Source: an uncultured Syntrophaceae bacterium (lineage in GTDB: Bacteria; Desulfobacterota; Syntrophia; Syntrophales; UBA4778). From it: DNA of 37,311 nt. Both the position numbers and the translations under genes were made by a program. A model generated the notes under the pieces. The model was not told where the DNA came from. It searched no databases and saw only the letters and a program-made list of their open reading frames with translations. Where the stretch lies: the NCBI GenBank assembly GCA_964464185.1, contig CAYXFF010000001.1, positions 16,083 through 53,393 on the forward strand, written 5' to 3'. Shown piece by piece: positions 36,708 through 37,311 of this stretch (the first letter of the stretch is position 1; each line of letters begins with the position of its first letter).

Positions 36708-37311
36708 ATGTTGATCCTGGCCATCGACTCATCATCCAGAACGGGAAGCGTGGCCCTTTTGAGGGGCAATCAAGTCATGGCCGAATTTTCGCTCAGAACA
36801 GACGCCAATCATGCCGCAACCATCCTTTTGTCCATCCAGAAGGTCCTGGACTATTGCGAAGCAAAGGTGAAGGATATTGGTCTCATTGCCTTGACTACAG
36901 GACCAGGGTCTTTTACGGGACTGCGCATCGGTGCGAGCACCGTAAAAGGGTTGGCTTTGCCTTACAGCACGCCGGTGGCGGGCATCTCCACGCTGGAGGC
37001 ATTGGCATATAACGCGATGCCTTCAAGGGTTGACATTTGTCCTCTACTGGACGCGAAAAAGAATGAGATCTATACAGCCATCTACAGAACCGGAGCGAAT
37101 GGTCTTCCGGAACTCAAAGAGTTCGAAAGGGTGACGGAACCGCGCGGTTTTATAAGCCAGCTGTCAGACGACGTTCTTTTTCTGGGGGATGGCGTTCAAA
37201 AATATGCAGACCTCCTTGAAGAGTTGTGCCCCGTGAGGGCCGCCTTCGCGCCGGAGCATCTCCAGTTCATCCGGGCATCGGCAGTCGCACTTTTAGGGAT
37301 GGAAAAATTCA
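36708..37311 (+). CDS. tsaB: tRNA threonylcarbamoyladenosine biosynthesis protein TsaB (YeaZ), 3' end outside the window
   Basis: The open frame from ATG 36708 to the window edge translates as MLILAIDSSSRTGSVALLRGN...IALTTGPGSFTGLRIG.... It is absent from the ORF track because no stop lies inside the window. Confidence 0.85.
   Translation, partial: MLILAIDSSSRTGSVALLRGNQVMAEFSLRTDANHAATILLSIQKVLDYCEAKVKDIGLIALTTGPGSFTGLRIGASTVKGLALPYSTPVAGISTLEALAYNAMPSRVDICPLLDAKKNEIYTAIYRTGANGLPELKEFERVTEPRGFISQLSDDVLFLGDGVQKYADLLEELCPVRAAFAPEHLQFIRASAVALLGMEKF

Overview
This is a densely packed, mostly housekeeping chromosomal segment with about 40 protein genes and roughly 50% GC. Coding runs on both strands in short operons. 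From left to right:

- **1-2643:** hprK (3' part)-rapZ, then an M23 peptidase on the minus strand.
- **2865-8563:** a LysE-type exporter, then a chain with overlapping stop/start codons: coaBC, family-4 uracil-DNA glycosylase, NfeD protease, stomatin/SPFH protein, small membrane protein, MtnX-like HAD phosphatase.
- **8558-15434 (mostly minus strand):** hemW and lepA, a stand-alone adk, an MBL hydrolase and an FmdB zinc-ribbon protein. An aminotransferase follows on the plus strand, then acyP and a small unknown protein on the minus strand.
- **15599-17391:** a four-gene unit of YfcE-like phosphodiesterase, HIT protein, LapA-like membrane protein and Mut7-C RNase-domain protein.
- **17360-19938 (minus strand):** mogA/moaB-like gene and an EF-G paralogue.
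- **20181-25913:** a two-subunit biotin carboxylase, mutM, a 54-aa rubredoxin too short for the ORF track, and a second M23 peptidase.
- **26012-37311:** secA, argJ, then the conserved rpsB-tsf-pyrH-frr-uppS-cdsA-dxr-rseP-tsaB block (tsaB runs off the 3' edge).

I saw no rRNA, tRNA, CRISPR array, transposase, integrase or obvious defence or mobile cargo. The gene content suggests an anaerobic deltaproteobacterium-like organism: rubredoxin, a Cys-X5-His...Cys-X2-Cys adenylate kinase LID, and a split biotin carboxylase. That assignment is inference only.

I do not see a convincing new multi-gene system. The window looks like ordinary core genome with a few second-look items:

- an EF-G paralogue lacking the catalytic histidine;
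- a carboxyltransferase subunit that departs from the pyruvate-carboxylase/OadA signature motifs;
- three consecutive genes that open with the identical string TGAAATTTATC;
- intrinsic terminators placed directly against the start codons of secA, lepA and an MBL hydrolase gene.

All product calls come from my reading of the translated ORFs. No database search was run.
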